A DNA stretch of 63,655 nucleotides, filler included, from Craspedostauros australis (taxonomy: Eukaryota): assembly GCA_030167865.1 (NCBI GenBank). It is 14 parts of 14 records of this genome, joined end to end, with 100 filler letters (N's around TTAATTAATTAA, not from the genome) between each part and the next. Parts side by side here need not be neighbours in the genome. Positions count along the whole stretch, not along the records: positions 35,288 to 38,056 come from JALAGF010005737.1; positions 38,157 to 39,313 come from JALAGF010005738.1; positions 39,414 to 42,345 come from JALAGF010005739.1; positions 42,446 to 47,391 come from JALAGF010005740.1; positions 47,492 to 50,363 come from JALAGF010005742.1; 9 more parts are not named here. One strand, 5' to 3'. Below are positions 35,288 through 48,080 of the stretch, in pieces (within the stretch, counting starts at the first letter, position 1; the number at the start of each line of letters is the position of its first letter). Position numbers and translations under genes: made by a program. The notes beneath the pieces were generated by a model. It was not told the origin of the DNA. It ran no database searches and saw only the letters and a list, made by a program, of their open reading frames with translations.

Positions 35288-38056
35288 TGCGCGAGGCCCT
35301 GGTCTTCATCTCGACAACAAAGACCTCATCATCTTCATCGTTGGTGCTGTCTCCGACAACCGCGAGAAAGTCAACGGATGATCGAGCATAGGGCTTGTCT
35401 CCGCGATGCACCAACCCTGCTGTGTATGCGGCCTTCACACAGCTAGGATCTTCAGTCAATTTCGATATCTTCTCAGCTTTCTTCATGAGTGGCTGCTCAT
35501 TGGTGTGGCCAAGTCTGGTGGCACGTCGCTCCTCACCAGTGAAAGGCTTCATGAACCACGTCTTCAGTGCCTCTTTCACCAAGGCCTCCTTCAGCGCCAT
35601 CATGCCTCCGTCCTCTTCGTTATTCCTCACGTCGTTGTTGGCGATGCCTTCAGTATTGCCTTCAACATTGTGTCCGGTGGCAAGCNTGACATCGGCTTCA
35701 ACAGGAAGGGAAGCCAGAGAGTCGATGCCAACGCCGTCGTCGGCCGATGGGAAACGGGCGATATTGCTGGTGATGCTGCCCTCAACATTGTCGTCGCCAC
35801 CATCCACCTCCAGATTGTCAAGAGCCAAAGTGATGGATGCTTTGTCATGCCGCACCAATGCCTTCATCATTTCACCCTTTGCCGGAAGTTTGCCAGAGTT
35901 GGGGAATCTTGCCTTGTAGATCGCCTCCATGGTCTTTGGGGTCATGGCAACATACCGGCGATCCGGCTTCTGCTGTCGTTGGATCACAGTCTTGAGCTTC
36001 TTGTAGATACTGTCGGCTGTTTTNNNNNNNNNNNNNNNNNNNNNNNNNNNNNNNNNNNNNNNNNNNNNNNNNNNNNNNNNNNNNNNNNNNNNNNNNNNNN
36101 NTCGAGCAGCCAGTCGACAGGAGGATTGTCGCGATTCTGAAGAACTTGGGTGATTGTTTGCTCGATGGATTTTGAGTCTTCGGCATCATCTGTGAGGAGA
36201 TTGAATCGCTCCCGTGCCCGATTCTTGACTTCACCTGTTCCGATCTCCACATGGGCTTGTTGCTTTCTGGCTTCAACGTCGATGCCTATGAATGTGGCAA
36301 TGATTTCCCATGCCTGATGATGGAGAACATGGCCATTCGTCTCCTTGCACCACTCGGTGCTGGCCAGGACCACGTTGATGATGTTGTGGACGGTGGAGCT
36401 CGTCAAGCAGAACTTTCGCAACATGAACCAAAGCGGATCTCGCTGTTTGCAGGTCATCCCAACAACATCAAGGTCACGAATCTTCTGTGCCCATCTCATC
36501 CTCGCCTTGTCTTCCGCATTGTCTGCTGCCTGTGAGGCTTGTTCGGCAAGGATGACGGCTGCCTTGACTGCATCTGGGTCATTTGGTGCATTCTGGATGG
36601 CTTGAATTGCATTGCCTCTGGCTTGAATTGCGAGCACCGCAGCAGGAGACTTCTCCAGGTTCATGACAGCTGCAGAGAAGTACTCTGGGAACTTCTCTGG
36701 ATGAGCCAGAAGATCTGGGTGATTCGTGCGCTTGGCTTGAACGTGGCGAAGGTACATGATCTCCTCTTTCACCTTTGCCATGGTGAGATCCCATTCGAAC
36801 CTTCCAACTCCCGTCTTTGCCATCATGATCATCTTTCCATTGTCTCGGAGACCATAGCAACAGTAGGTTGCGCCCTTCACCTTGTTGGAGGTGGCAAGGA
36901 AGAGTCTTGTGGGTTCTGTCACACTGATCATGAGTTGGTTTGGGTTGGTCCGGTATGTTCCATTGATGAATGGCATGTGTGGAGCCCTCTTGTGAGTGCC
37001 TTGAAGGTCCGCTCCACCTTCAACAAGACCCTGTGTGAGCTTGAGAGAGCCATATCCGCGATCACAGAGAACTTCTGTGTTCTGCAAACCATTGGTGGTT
37101 TCGAATTGGGTCTTGATCAGAGTCAATGCGGTGCTTGACTTGGTTTCCTGGATGACTTGGACTCCGCAAGGGACCCCGGACATCGTCATTGCCAAAGTAT
37201 CAATGGTGAATCTTTGCATTTACATTTCACAAGTTCAAGAGATAGAGAAGAAACGAAATTCGACAAGAAAGAGAGGGATGCAGACATGCATGTGGTGCGT
37301 GTGAGATTCAAAATTATCGACAATTGTACAATCATGACATACATTCAATCCCATGATCCAAAAGCAGAGGTTGTGCACAGTACAACTCACCCCCATCTGT
37401 TGGCCTTTGGATGCTTGTGCCGGGAGATGCCACTTCGCAATGTTTTGGTGCTCTCGCAGTGCACTTTATCATCATCGATTGTCACAGTGCGTTGGCCGGC
37501 CATGCCTCTCACAGCCAGTTGCTTCAAAGTGTGATTGCACTGAGCCTGGAGATCCTGCCAGAAGTAGTGAGCGTTGGACTCAATCTTGTTGCTGTCTGCA
37601 TGGATTTTGCACCACCAATCATTGTACTCGGTCTTGCTCGGGGACCCCACTTTGGTGCTCAGCAAGCCCATGGTGTACATGTTTTTCGTAGATGTCCGGA
37701 AGGTTGACTGTGTGCTGAATGCAACCATGAACTGCAGGTACTCCAATGCATCCATCTTCACATCATCCTTTGCAAATGCTTCTGTGTACAGACGAGATGA
37801 GGTACCCAAGACAAGATCAATGATATCATTCGGTGTTGGGCGTTTGCTGTCGGTGAGCTTTTGCATTGATTTCCGAATGTGCACCATCTCCTTGTTCATG
37901 ATGACTTTGCTGTCTGCACGGGCTTCACCAACTGTGACATGATGCTTCTCGTCCACCCCTGTCTGCAGCTTCCACTTCAGGCTCATGCTTGCCAGCTTTG
38001 CTGCATCGGATTTGGTGTTGCGGGTGGATGCAAGTGCAATTGTAGGAGTGGGATTG
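35288..38056 (-). mobile_element. piggyBac-like DDD transposase fused to a YqaJ/lambda-exonuclease-like PD-(D/E)xK domain; intron 37390-37212; both ends lie in gaps
   Basis: VTIDDDK, HKHPKANRWG|FTIDT (spliced GG|GTGAGT..AAG|A), VLCDRGY, LQGTHKR; then QRDPLWFMLRKFCLTSS, ATRLGHTNEQP, GLVHRGDKPYARSSVDF, VVEMKTR. Confidence 0.7.
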
Positions 38057-38156
38057 NNNNNNNNNNNNNNNNNNNNNNNNNNNNNNNNNNNNNNNNNNNN
38101 TTAATTAATTAANNNNNNNNNNNNNNNNNNNNNNNNNNNNNNNNNNNNNNNNNNNN

Positions 38157-39156
38157 CTTGTATTTGTGACTGTACCACTTCTTCGAAAAGGGCTGAGGTT
38201 CGAGGATGCGAAAGTCAGTCCCATCCACCGTGACTTTGCATGTTCGCTGTTTGTCATTCTTCAAGCGATTCCTCCATTTAATCTGTTGTACAAACTAGCA
38301 ACAGCATAAGTATTCAAAAAGGTGATGTGAGTCGTCGTTATGTAAGTGTTATCATGAGATGTATCAATCGGAAGGGTGTTCTTCACTTACCANGCCTTTG
38401 TATCCCTTCTGAATTTCATCCATCAGAAGCCAAATCCACTTCTTAAGCGTTTTGGGATCCGCAGACATTTTCGATGACAGCGCAAGAACACAATCGTAGT
38501 GTTGCAAGAAGTACAAGGTCCAATACAAATGCTTGGGATGACATTTCGGGACACCACGAGCATAGCTCCACATAACTAGGCACATGCGCGGAGAAAGCCC
38601 ATACAGAGAGATAAATTTTGTTTGTGTTGCTGGTTTCGCTGGGTCATACGACGCATTATGCCCCACAATGTCCAATCCGATTCTGNNNNNNNNNNNNNNN
38701 NNNNNNNNNNNNNNNNNNNNNNNNNNNNNNNNNNNAGTATTCAAAAAGGTGATGTGAGTCGTCGTTATGTAAGTGTTATCATGAGATGTATCAATCGGAA
38801 GGGTGTTCTTCACTTACCATGCCTTTGTATCCCTTCTGAATTTCATCCATCAGAAGCCAAATCCACTTCTTAAGCGTTTTGGGATCCGCAGACATTTTCG
38901 ATGACAGCGCAAGAACACAATCGTAGTGTTGCAAGAAGTACAAGGTCCAATACAAATGCTTGGGATGACATTTCGGGACACCACGAGCATAGCTCCACAT
39001 AACTAGGCACATGCGNGGAGAAAGNCCNTACAGAGAGATAAATTTTGTTTGTGTTGCTGGTTTCGCTGGGTCATACGACGCATTATGCCCCACAATGTCC
39101 AATCCGATTCTGGTTATGTCTTTCAAGTCGTAGCGCTTTGATTGATTGTTCCGCAT
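38157..39156 (-). mobile_element. PIF/Harbinger-like (DDE_Tnp_4) transposase, 5' part with an intron; partly duplicated across the gap
   Basis: FISLYGLSP..HPKHLYWTLYFLQHY..DPKTLKKWIW, GTAAGT donor, then an exon from ~38282 reading IKWRNRLKNDKQRTCKVTVDGTDFRILEPQPFSKKWYSHKYK (first catalytic D in VDGTD). Confidence 0.75.
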
Positions 39157-39413
39157 GTGTGCCGTGTCACAGTCAAAAGCAGCAGAGTGCGGCGTTGTGA
39201 GGCAGGCAACAAAGGGTTTGTGTGAGGTTGTGTTTCGGGTCGCTGCGCTTTGCCTCGACACATCAAGCTCCGCACAGGACATCATGTCGCCACACAAACA
39301 AACACCCATCACANNNNNNNNNNNNNNNNNNNNNNNNNNNNNNNNNNNNNNNNNNNNTTAATTAATTAANNNNNNNNNNNNNNNNNNNNNNNNNNNNNNN
39401 NNNNNNNNNNNNN

Positions 39414-42345
39414 TGGCCAATGGCCGTCGTACACGCCGCGTACATCTATAATCGCGTGCCTAATCCCGCCACCGGCCTCACACCTTATGATGTTCTGTCA
39501 CGCATCCGTCTTCCCCTCAAGCAACTTCATAACCTGCACGTATGGGGCAGTCCAGTCTATGTCCTTAACAAAGCACTGGCTGATGGACGCAAAATACCCC
39601 GATGGGAACCAAGAGGAGAAAGATACGTGAACATGGGTCTCTCTACGAAGCATGCCTCAACCGTACCTCTGGTCCTATCACCACGGACAGGTTCAATCAC
39701 ACCCCAGTTCCATGTTGTGTTCGATGACTGGTTCGCAACGATTGCTACCGACTTGAAGCAACTTCCAAGCTATCAATCGGAAGAATGGACTCGCATGTTT
39801 GGTGACACAACCTTCCAATATCCATTCGATGACGACGATGTGGAATCAATGGAGCAGGACGACATTTTCGCATCAGATACACGAGACCACAACCGGTTAC
39901 AATGCAACGACAATAATACTCCACCACCGAGAATCGATACGCGAAACCAACAAACCATCCGTGAAAGAGCGCCACAGGTATTGGCGAAAGAGTCGCAACC
40001 AAGGACACAACAGATCCCGGACCTCATGAGTGAAACTCTCGCCCCTCCAATGCCAGTCTCAGAGGGAGCCGATAGGCAAATGTCTTTGACAGAGGGAGCT
40101 ACCTATGAGTCCCCGGTATCTGATCCTACTATAGAATCATCGGACCAGCGAACACTTCAACCGCAATCGAGTCCACCTCTCCAAGAGTCGCCAATTTCAG
40201 AACCGGCAACTCCATTACCACTCTCAGCTCCGACGCAAATTGATACCAGCTCCACACCACCCACGATGCCTAAGTCTGAGCCAACGCCAACAAGGCTCCG
40301 AAGCACGAGAAATCGCAAACAACCAAAGCGATTCACGTATGCGCGCATGGGAGGCAAAGCAGCCTGGTTGGACGACGAGGACACCGATGATTACTACTTC
40401 TGCCCTGCAGTAGCTACCTTGGAAGAAATCGAACAGGCCACCACACCCAGGGAATTGCACCCCGATTCATCATCGATCATCAAATTCTCACAAGCTGTCG
40501 TCGATTGCCTACATACAATTGAACCTCTCCAACGCAAAGGCAGCGACTCTCTCTCCATCGATCTACACCAATTCAAGGTGGACGCCCACTACTTGTTGCG
40601 CAGACTTCGAGGTCGATTCAACACATTGAATCCACAGCCAACCAACGTCGTCCTTCCAACGTTTGCTCCAAAGCCGGCTGAAGCAGAAGAAGCAAGCATC
40701 AACATGGCCGACTGGTGGCAACCGGACCCCGACGACATGACCNAGGAAGGAGCGACTCCATTTCAGGAGACGTACAACAACTTCCACTCGGACATGGAGG
40801 ACCACTTCGAGAAAGACCTCAACAGTGTCTTTCTCAACGAAGACCTCCTCCGACTGGCCACTGACCACGCCGTCGAGCAGTTCGTGGAGAAGCTGAGCAC
40901 CTTTATCAGCACTGGCACGATGGAACCTCGCTTCGACGCTCTCGACTTCATGTCCAAGGCCAAATCAGGGCCATGGTACTACCAAGATCCCGAGCACTTG
41001 ATGAACCAAGGGTACCTTCCACCCAAATCTGCGTACAGCGCAGAAGCNNNNNNNNNNNNNNNNNNNNNNNNNNNNNNNNNNATGATCGAAAATCATCACT
41101 ACCGTCTCGCATTCGAGCTGCTCCGTCGCCAGGTGACGACGATCCGACCAGGACCCTGGCTACGCCCAAGCGAATATGAGATTGAGCAATTCGTCCAAGG
41201 CATGATTGAGTCGAACACGGCGCCACTCACTTCGGCCCCAGCGACCCGTTCTGCCAACCAAGGATCCATGCTCGATATCGACTCGTCATCCACACTCGAA
41301 ATCAATCCGTCATTCATCCTTGACACAGCGAAGTGCATTCCATCAACTACATGGGCGAACATCGAGCAGCATGCCTACTCTGTCGCAATCATCGAGCCAC
41401 AGAAGGATGCAACAAACTNNNNNNNNNNNNNNNNNNNNNNNNNNNNNNNNNNNNNNNNNNNNNNNNNNTACTCTGTCGCAATCATCGAGCCACAGAAGGA
41501 TGCAACAAACTTCCCCACCTACGTCGATAATCGCATGATCAGCTACTTCGCCGCAGGTGGCGACTTGGATATCGCCGAACGCACTTCGGTGTACAAGGCA
41601 TCCAACACCGACCCAGACACCCTCTCCTTCGACGAAGCCATTCGCGACGACAACAAGGACGAGTGGATGCAAGCCGCCGAAAAGGAGATTCGAGATCTCA
41701 CGGAAAAGGGCACGTGGGAGGAAGTGAAGAAGATCGACGTTGTCAACGATCGCATCTTTCCAGGAACCTGGGTCTTTCGCCGCAAGCGACTCCCCGACGG
41801 AACCATCAAGAAATACAAGGGACGCTGGTGTTGCCGTGTAGACCTCATGCATGAGGACGCCTCCACCTATGCACCAGTCGTCGCATGGTCATCCGTCCGC
41901 ATCTTCCTCAGCACTTCCATCGTCATGGGCTGGACAACAACTTCCATCGACTTCACGAACGCTTTCGTGCAAGCATCCATCCACAAGCCCGTCTACCTTC
42001 ATCTCCCTCGCGGATTCAAATCAACGAAGGGTCCCGACACCTGCCTCAAGCTCCGCAAGAGCCTGTACGGCTTGACGATTGCTCCTCGCCTCTGGTATGA
42101 ACACCTNNNNNNNNNNNNNNNNNNNATCGGCTTCAAGGCCTGCGACCAAGAGCAGTGCTTGTTCATCAAGCAAGACATCATGATCGTCCTCTACGTTGAC
42201 GATGCGGGCATCGCCTCCAAGACTAAGCAAGCCGCCGACGACTTTATCAAGTCAATGCGTGACCTCGGCTTCGAGCTCACCCAAGAAGGAAGCTTCAACG
42301 AGTTCCTGGGAATCGAGCTCAGCCGTGACCCAAAAGCAGACACGG
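39414..42345 (+). mobile_element. pol: Ty1/copia pol fragment: integrase C-terminus, long linker, reverse transcriptase
   Basis: HAAYIYNRVP, WGSPVYVL, KIPRWEPR, ITPQFHVVFDDWF; RT motifs TWVFRRKR, YAPVV, SIDFTNAFVQA, KSLYGL, LYVDD. IN before RT is copia order. Confidence 0.92.
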
Positions 42346-42445
42346 NNNNNNNNNNNNNNNNNNNNNNNNNNNNNNNNNNNNNNNNNNNNTTAATTAATTA
42401 ANNNNNNNNNNNNNNNNNNNNNNNNNNNNNNNNNNNNNNNNNNNN

Positions 42446-43579
42446 GGCGCGCGCAACACCATGATCGCCGATCATCTCGCTTGGCGCTCGTGTGCGGCAT
42501 CCCTGCAACAGCTCTGCAAATGGTCCTGCTGTGCGGATCACTGCACGGTAGCTCCCGCCTGATCGCTCCGGCCGAGGCGTTCACACCACACCACGTCGCA
42601 TTCAGAAGACAGCATGCGCTGAACCAAGGAGAAGACCCGTGGAGCAGCACGAAGGCAAGGCTACGACGAACGTCGCCGTCATCATTGGCGTCCGCTCCGC
42701 AGCCAAGCATTCCTTGCAATGACGGTGCCATCGCAGTCTCCAGATCGGACGATGTCACATTCGATCTNCCGTACAAGGTCTTCCGACCCATGTCCCTGTC
42801 CTCGCGCAAGGCGGCGCCCATCGTTCTGCTCTGCGACGGTGACGCATCGCTCGATGACTTGATGCCGTTCCTTCAGGCCATTCCGTATCGTTGCATCGTC
42901 GTTTGCAACGGGCTGGGCGGCGATGCTGTGGACAATAATGCGGTGTCCATCGCGTTGGCGTTGGAAGATCTGCAACGCGTGCTGAACAAAGCGGGCGTGC
43001 GTCGGTACCACCTGTACGGACAGGGCGTCGTGGGTGGAATCTTGGCCTTTGAATATCTCAAGCAGATCGCACAACAAGATGACGATNNNNNNNNNNNNNN
43101 NNNNNNNNNNNNNNNNNNNNNNNNNNNNNNNNNNNNGACAGGGCGTCGTGGGTGGAATCTTGGCCTTTGAATATCTCAAGCAGATCGCACAACAAGATGA
43201 CGATGACGTTTATGACGACGGCGACGACGAGGGATGCCTATCGGTGATTCTGTCGTCGACGCCAACGAACGTGCAGAAGATGCGGGAGGAAGGCATTTTA
43301 TCTGCAGCAGCAACTGCATCTTGGAAGACCAGCGACGACGTCTCAAGCTACGTCGCAAGCCCACCGTCCGAGTCGGCCAAACGGATGCCCAGCTGCATGA
43401 TCGTGCGGGGCGAGGATGACATCGTGACGCAGGGCTCCATCGAGGGATGGAAAGCGCTATTTTGCAAGAGCCGTTCGGTGCGTGAGAAGGTGCTGGTCGG
43501 TGATGGCCATCACGGTCTCGTGACGAATCCCTTGGTCTACGGTGATTGCGTCGACACATTCTTTGGCGAGTATGATTGA
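42446..43579 (+). CDS. Alpha/beta-hydrolase (proline-iminopeptidase-like) with plastid-type AEAFTP presequence motif; probably catalytically inactive; 5' end in gap
   Basis: YHLYGQGVVGGILAFEY, CLSVILSSTP, IVRGEDD, GHHGL. The segment around the 43087-43136 gap is duplicated (assembly overlap). Confidence 0.7.
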
Positions 43580-43794
43580 TGCAGTGGAGGCACAGACTGC
43601 AGCAGCAAGCACCGATTATATTGTAATTATCTCTGGGTCATAAAGGGATACGAGTCGCATCTTGTCCATTATATCCGTGCTCCGGCGACTGCATCAAGTA
43701 CAACAACGAACAACCATGTTGAGATAGGATAGGTTGCTCTACCCTAGTACGCACACGCAAGTACGCACACGCAAGACGAGACGAGAAGAGGCAC

Positions 43795-44889
43795 ATGCGC
43801 AACGACAATTCGCACGATTCCACAATGGCCGACAGCAGCGCCTTGTTCGCGGAGCTGCTGTCCGATCCTGATGATCCCAACTTTTCTGCCACGAAGGCCC
43901 TCGTGCGGCATCTGAGGCAGGAGGCCGATCTGTCGCAGCAAAAGGCCGAACGCCTCAACGAGCAGGCACGCATGCTGTCGGTGCAATTCGGTGTCACGCA
44001 GGCCGCGCAGGATCAGTACGGTGAGTCAGACAGGGTTGTGGCAAGCAAAGCTCTGTCTTTGCTACACATTGAAATTAGCGGTTGTCGTCTTGTCTCATTT
44101 GTTTGATCTCTCATCGTACCGCAAACTCCTTTATCACTCATCACCATTTGCAACAATGAAACAACCATGGTCAACGCGTGATGTGCGATGATATCCACCC
44201 CAACATTCCGGACTGCAGCCATCGATCCAACCCAACTGCCACCCCTCGATGAGAATGGCGTTCCCAAATACAAGGGCAAGAAACGGGGTCGCAAACCCAA
44301 GGCCAGGAAGCACAAGATCAATCCCAATCGACGCAAGCGTCAACAAACGGCGTACACACTGTTCGTGCAGGAGACGTATCCAACAGTCAAGGCGCAGAAT
44401 CCAGAATTGCCCAGCAATCAGCTGATTCGCATCGTCGCTGGACAATGGAAGACGGGAGTGGATGCCGAACAGAAGCAGGCATGGAAATTGCGCGCCTTGG
44501 CCATGCGGACGGACACGACCGCGGAGGAGCATGGTGCAGAAGGAATGGCTGCCATCGACATCGAAGTTGACGAGATGGCAGGTGATGGCAACGGCAATGG
44601 TAACGCAAACGGCAACGACGACGTTGAGGAAGAGGAGCAGGAAGACGAAGGCAACGAAGGTGAGGAGATGGCGGATGCACGAATAGAAGACGGCGCTGAT
44701 CATTCTCATCATCAGAATCAGGAAAGCGCCGAGGACCATGATGCTGACGATCAGACCAATGACGGAGTATTGGTAGATCAGAATATGGGCGATGGTGATG
44801 ATGATGGTCACGATGCTGACGAAGACGGTGAAGAGCAGGTGGAAGACGACGGCGGCGAAAAGTGGATATTAACATCTCCGGCTATGTAA
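43795..44889 (+). CDS. AT-hook plus HMG-box DNA-binding protein with acidic tail; exons 43795-44020 and 44219-44889
   Basis: G|GTGAGT donor at 44021 and CAG acceptor at 44218 join in phase 1; KKRGRKPK AT-hook; KRQQTAYTLFVQETYPTVKAQNPE..IVAGQWK..KQAWK HMG box. Confidence 0.88.
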
Positions 44890-45671
44890 CCAACTAATGC
44901 ATCGCAACCCAAAGCTACACAATGCTACGCACTCGCTCTCATCATCCTGGGATCTGCCGCCACAGTGTAAAAATGGCATGCATGATTGCGGTTTCCTTCG
45001 TGATACGGAGAGAATCAACTGGATATGTGGTTCTGAGCAGTTTAGGTTTCATGGGGCTTATGCAACGCTCTGACTCTTCTCGTACTTGTATGACGTGCGT
45101 TGAATCAGACATGCAATTTGTGCAATACAAATGGGATGGATCAGCCCAAATGCGCGTCACTGGCCGACGAAGGCTGCTCGATGACGGCTTGTCTCACCTT
45201 ACCTCTTGGAAATATGAATCAGCCAAGGGACATCGACGGCACCACTCGATCACTTGCTACGCGTGCTGGAGATGGTTGACACCACACTCGACGAACCAAT
45301 TGCTCTGAGCGCAACGTCGTATCGGCACAGCCTGGATGCAGCTGCAAAATCTTTGCCAGCATTGCGTCGCAATGATCCCATCGATGGCACCGTGATTAAT
45401 TTGAGGATGGGAGACTTGTTGTTATGATTGCTTTGCGTTGACGCGTTGTCGCGGCATGCTGGAGACGGCTGCCAACAACATGATGGTCTGTCACGCAGAC
45501 GATGATGATGATGATGTCGGCTGGTCGGTCAAGTGGTAAGTCTGTTGGCACCCCCTGCTTGGTCGTTGGCGAGTCTTGATGGACGTGCCGAGCGAGCAGA
45601 TCACTTCGAGCAATCATCTCAGTTGGCTCAGCTCCAAACCAACACCAACATCGACGTCATCGACGTCACCA

Positions 45672-47234
45672 TCATGCCGACGAGGACAAGCACATCTGCC
45701 GCGGACTTGACAGTTGACACAGACGGAACATCTTCTTGAAGATGTTGCCCGTGCCAGCCACATGCGAGAAGCTGCGGTGCTGCCGGAACAGNTCCANCGT
45801 GGAATTTGTGATGGAAATCAACTCCTGCGGGCTGACGAAGGGTCCATGTCGGATGTTGGGACGATCAAAGCAGCAGCTGCTCGACATGAGATCCGGCACG
45901 TCATGCACCACGCGCTTGCCACCCAAGTCTGCGTCGTTGTACCTCTTCTTGTGCGTCTCCAAAGTCACCTGCGACACATCCGACGCAATCGAAATGGGTT
46001 GGCCACGATGCAGAATGATGACGGACGAAGGGAATCGACCAGTAGGTGCTGGCTGCAGTGCATGCCGCAGCAAGTAGTGCACGTCGCGCATGTGAGGCAG
46101 CTCGTCGGCCTCGGTGTAGTAGACGAAATCAAACTCATCCTGGCTGTACACATTCTGCCGCAGCAGCTCCTTCGCCGTGACCAATGTGCCGTACGTCAAG
46201 CGATCGAACGACTGCAGATCCTTGATGAGCTGCACGTCGTACAGATACCGATTGAGACCGCTGCTCTGCGCGACGTAGGCGTAGTCGGATGGATCTCCCA
46301 CGAATACGACAACATTTGGGAACACGGCCGTCACCGTCTTGACCGTGATGTTGAGGAACAGCTGGCTGCGTCACAATGCCGGGCCGTCGAGCTTGGCCGC
46401 GTAGTACGCTATGATCGCCAAGATGTGTCCGTTGCGTTGCTTCGAGGCGTTGTTGTAGAAGTCGTTGCGCTCGTAGTCACCCTGCATGCCTTCCAACAGC
46501 TGGATCGTATCGTCCAGCAGCTCCGCACTCCTGCCCGTGATCTTTTCGTAGTACGACAGATGATGCACGAAGATATCGAACATGTCGTCGGCTTACAGAT
46601 TCCAGCTTCTCACGCTCATTGCGAAGTGACCATACTCTAGGTTTATGTTCTCCGCTTCGTGAAGATGCTGCAGGCTGATGCGGCCGTTGCTGAGCAAGCG
46701 GTNGACGGTGACGAGCCACGCGGCCGAATAGCCATCGCTGGGCTGTTCTCGCGTCATGCCAGCAAACCGTTGCGTGCTGTCGTCCGCTGTGGATGACGCA
46801 GCAGGGAACGTTCTCATGTCGACGATCCTGTCTTCGTTGTCTTCGTATGACACCCCGCGACCCTGCAGCAGATTATCCCTGCTGTACCCTGCCATGAACC
46901 GCTGCGGTCTGTGGCCTGTCGAGAAGTCGTGGATCGCGTCGAACGGTGGCATCTTCAGCACGCCCGACAGTCCTGACTGAGTGGCTTCCGGCCATTGGGA
47001 GCATGTGGCTGTGGCTGTGGCTGCGTTACCATCCCCCTTGAACGATGTGATGACATCAGGGACATCGAAGAGGTTGGATATGAAGCGGAGCGATGAGATC
47101 TGCGCAAGGCTGAGGAAGATGGCGATGGCAAGGACCGTCCGAAGGATCGGACTGACCGACCAAGGGGTCGATGATGCTGATGCTGATACGACTACTGGTG
47201 ACCTCCTCATGTTGGCATCGTCGTATCCGCGCAC
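45672..47234 (-). pseudogene. Type II membrane protein gene (possibly glycosyltransferase-like) with two in-frame stops
   Basis: ORFs 46593-47234, 46371-46583 and 45672-46334 share one frame, separated only by TAA (46595-46593) and TGA (46373-46371). N-terminal TM helix (ILRTVLAIAIFLSLAQI); FDFVYYTEADE motif. Confidence 0.65.
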
Positions 47235-48051
47235 GCTCTTTCAGCAGTCCAGAGAGGTCTAATCACAGGCTTGTGACTGCATGTCTGTTCCGATGTGTTG
47301 CCTTGTTTGGCGCCAATTTTCGGAGACTCATTTTGTTGACTTTCGTTTGGTTTCTTTGTCGATGAGACGGCTGAAGGTGAGCCTGGTCGTTNNNNNNNNN
47401 NNNNNNNNNNNNNNNNNNNNNNNNNNNNNNNNNNNTTAATTAATTAANNNNNNNNNNNNNNNNNNNNNNNNNNNNNNNNNNNNNNNNNNNNGATTTTCGG
47501 CATAAGAGGGACACACTAGAGAGAACATCAGAGATTCGGTCTGGCCATCGCCCGGCAAACATGTGATGTCCAATCTGACCTGATATACTTCCCAACTAAA
47601 CCTGAAATGACAACACACTCGACAACCTCAAGCATCATCAATGGAATGTGGAATCGACAGAGCCATGGGACGGTGACGAGTGACGTCGACACAGAAGACA
47701 TCATCGCCACATCATGGGTCATCTCCACATCAGAACAAGATCGCAGAGGTGCAATGACTGAGAGCTGACCTTGAAGACAGCAACGTGAGATACAACTCAA
47801 TGAAGATAACATAGAATCAGAAGTCACTCAACCCAAACAGTGTCTTCACTCAACAGCTCGTCACCCGCGTCCTGAAAGACTTGATCTCTCTTGAAGGACT
47901 CGTGTGATTTCGCTGTGTACAATACCGAGATAACACTGGAGAAGCAAATCGTTGAGACCACCCGAGCCAATGAGGAGGCTGAGCAACAGAAGAAAGACAA
48001 GAAGAGAAAGAAGCCACCCAGCAAGAGCAAAGCCGAGGTCATTGAGCCTCG

Positions 48052-48080
48052 CAACAATAACAACAACAACAACAACAACA
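48052..48080 (+). repeat. (AAC)n microsatellite
   Basis: caacaataacaacaacaacaacaacaaca. Confidence 0.85.
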
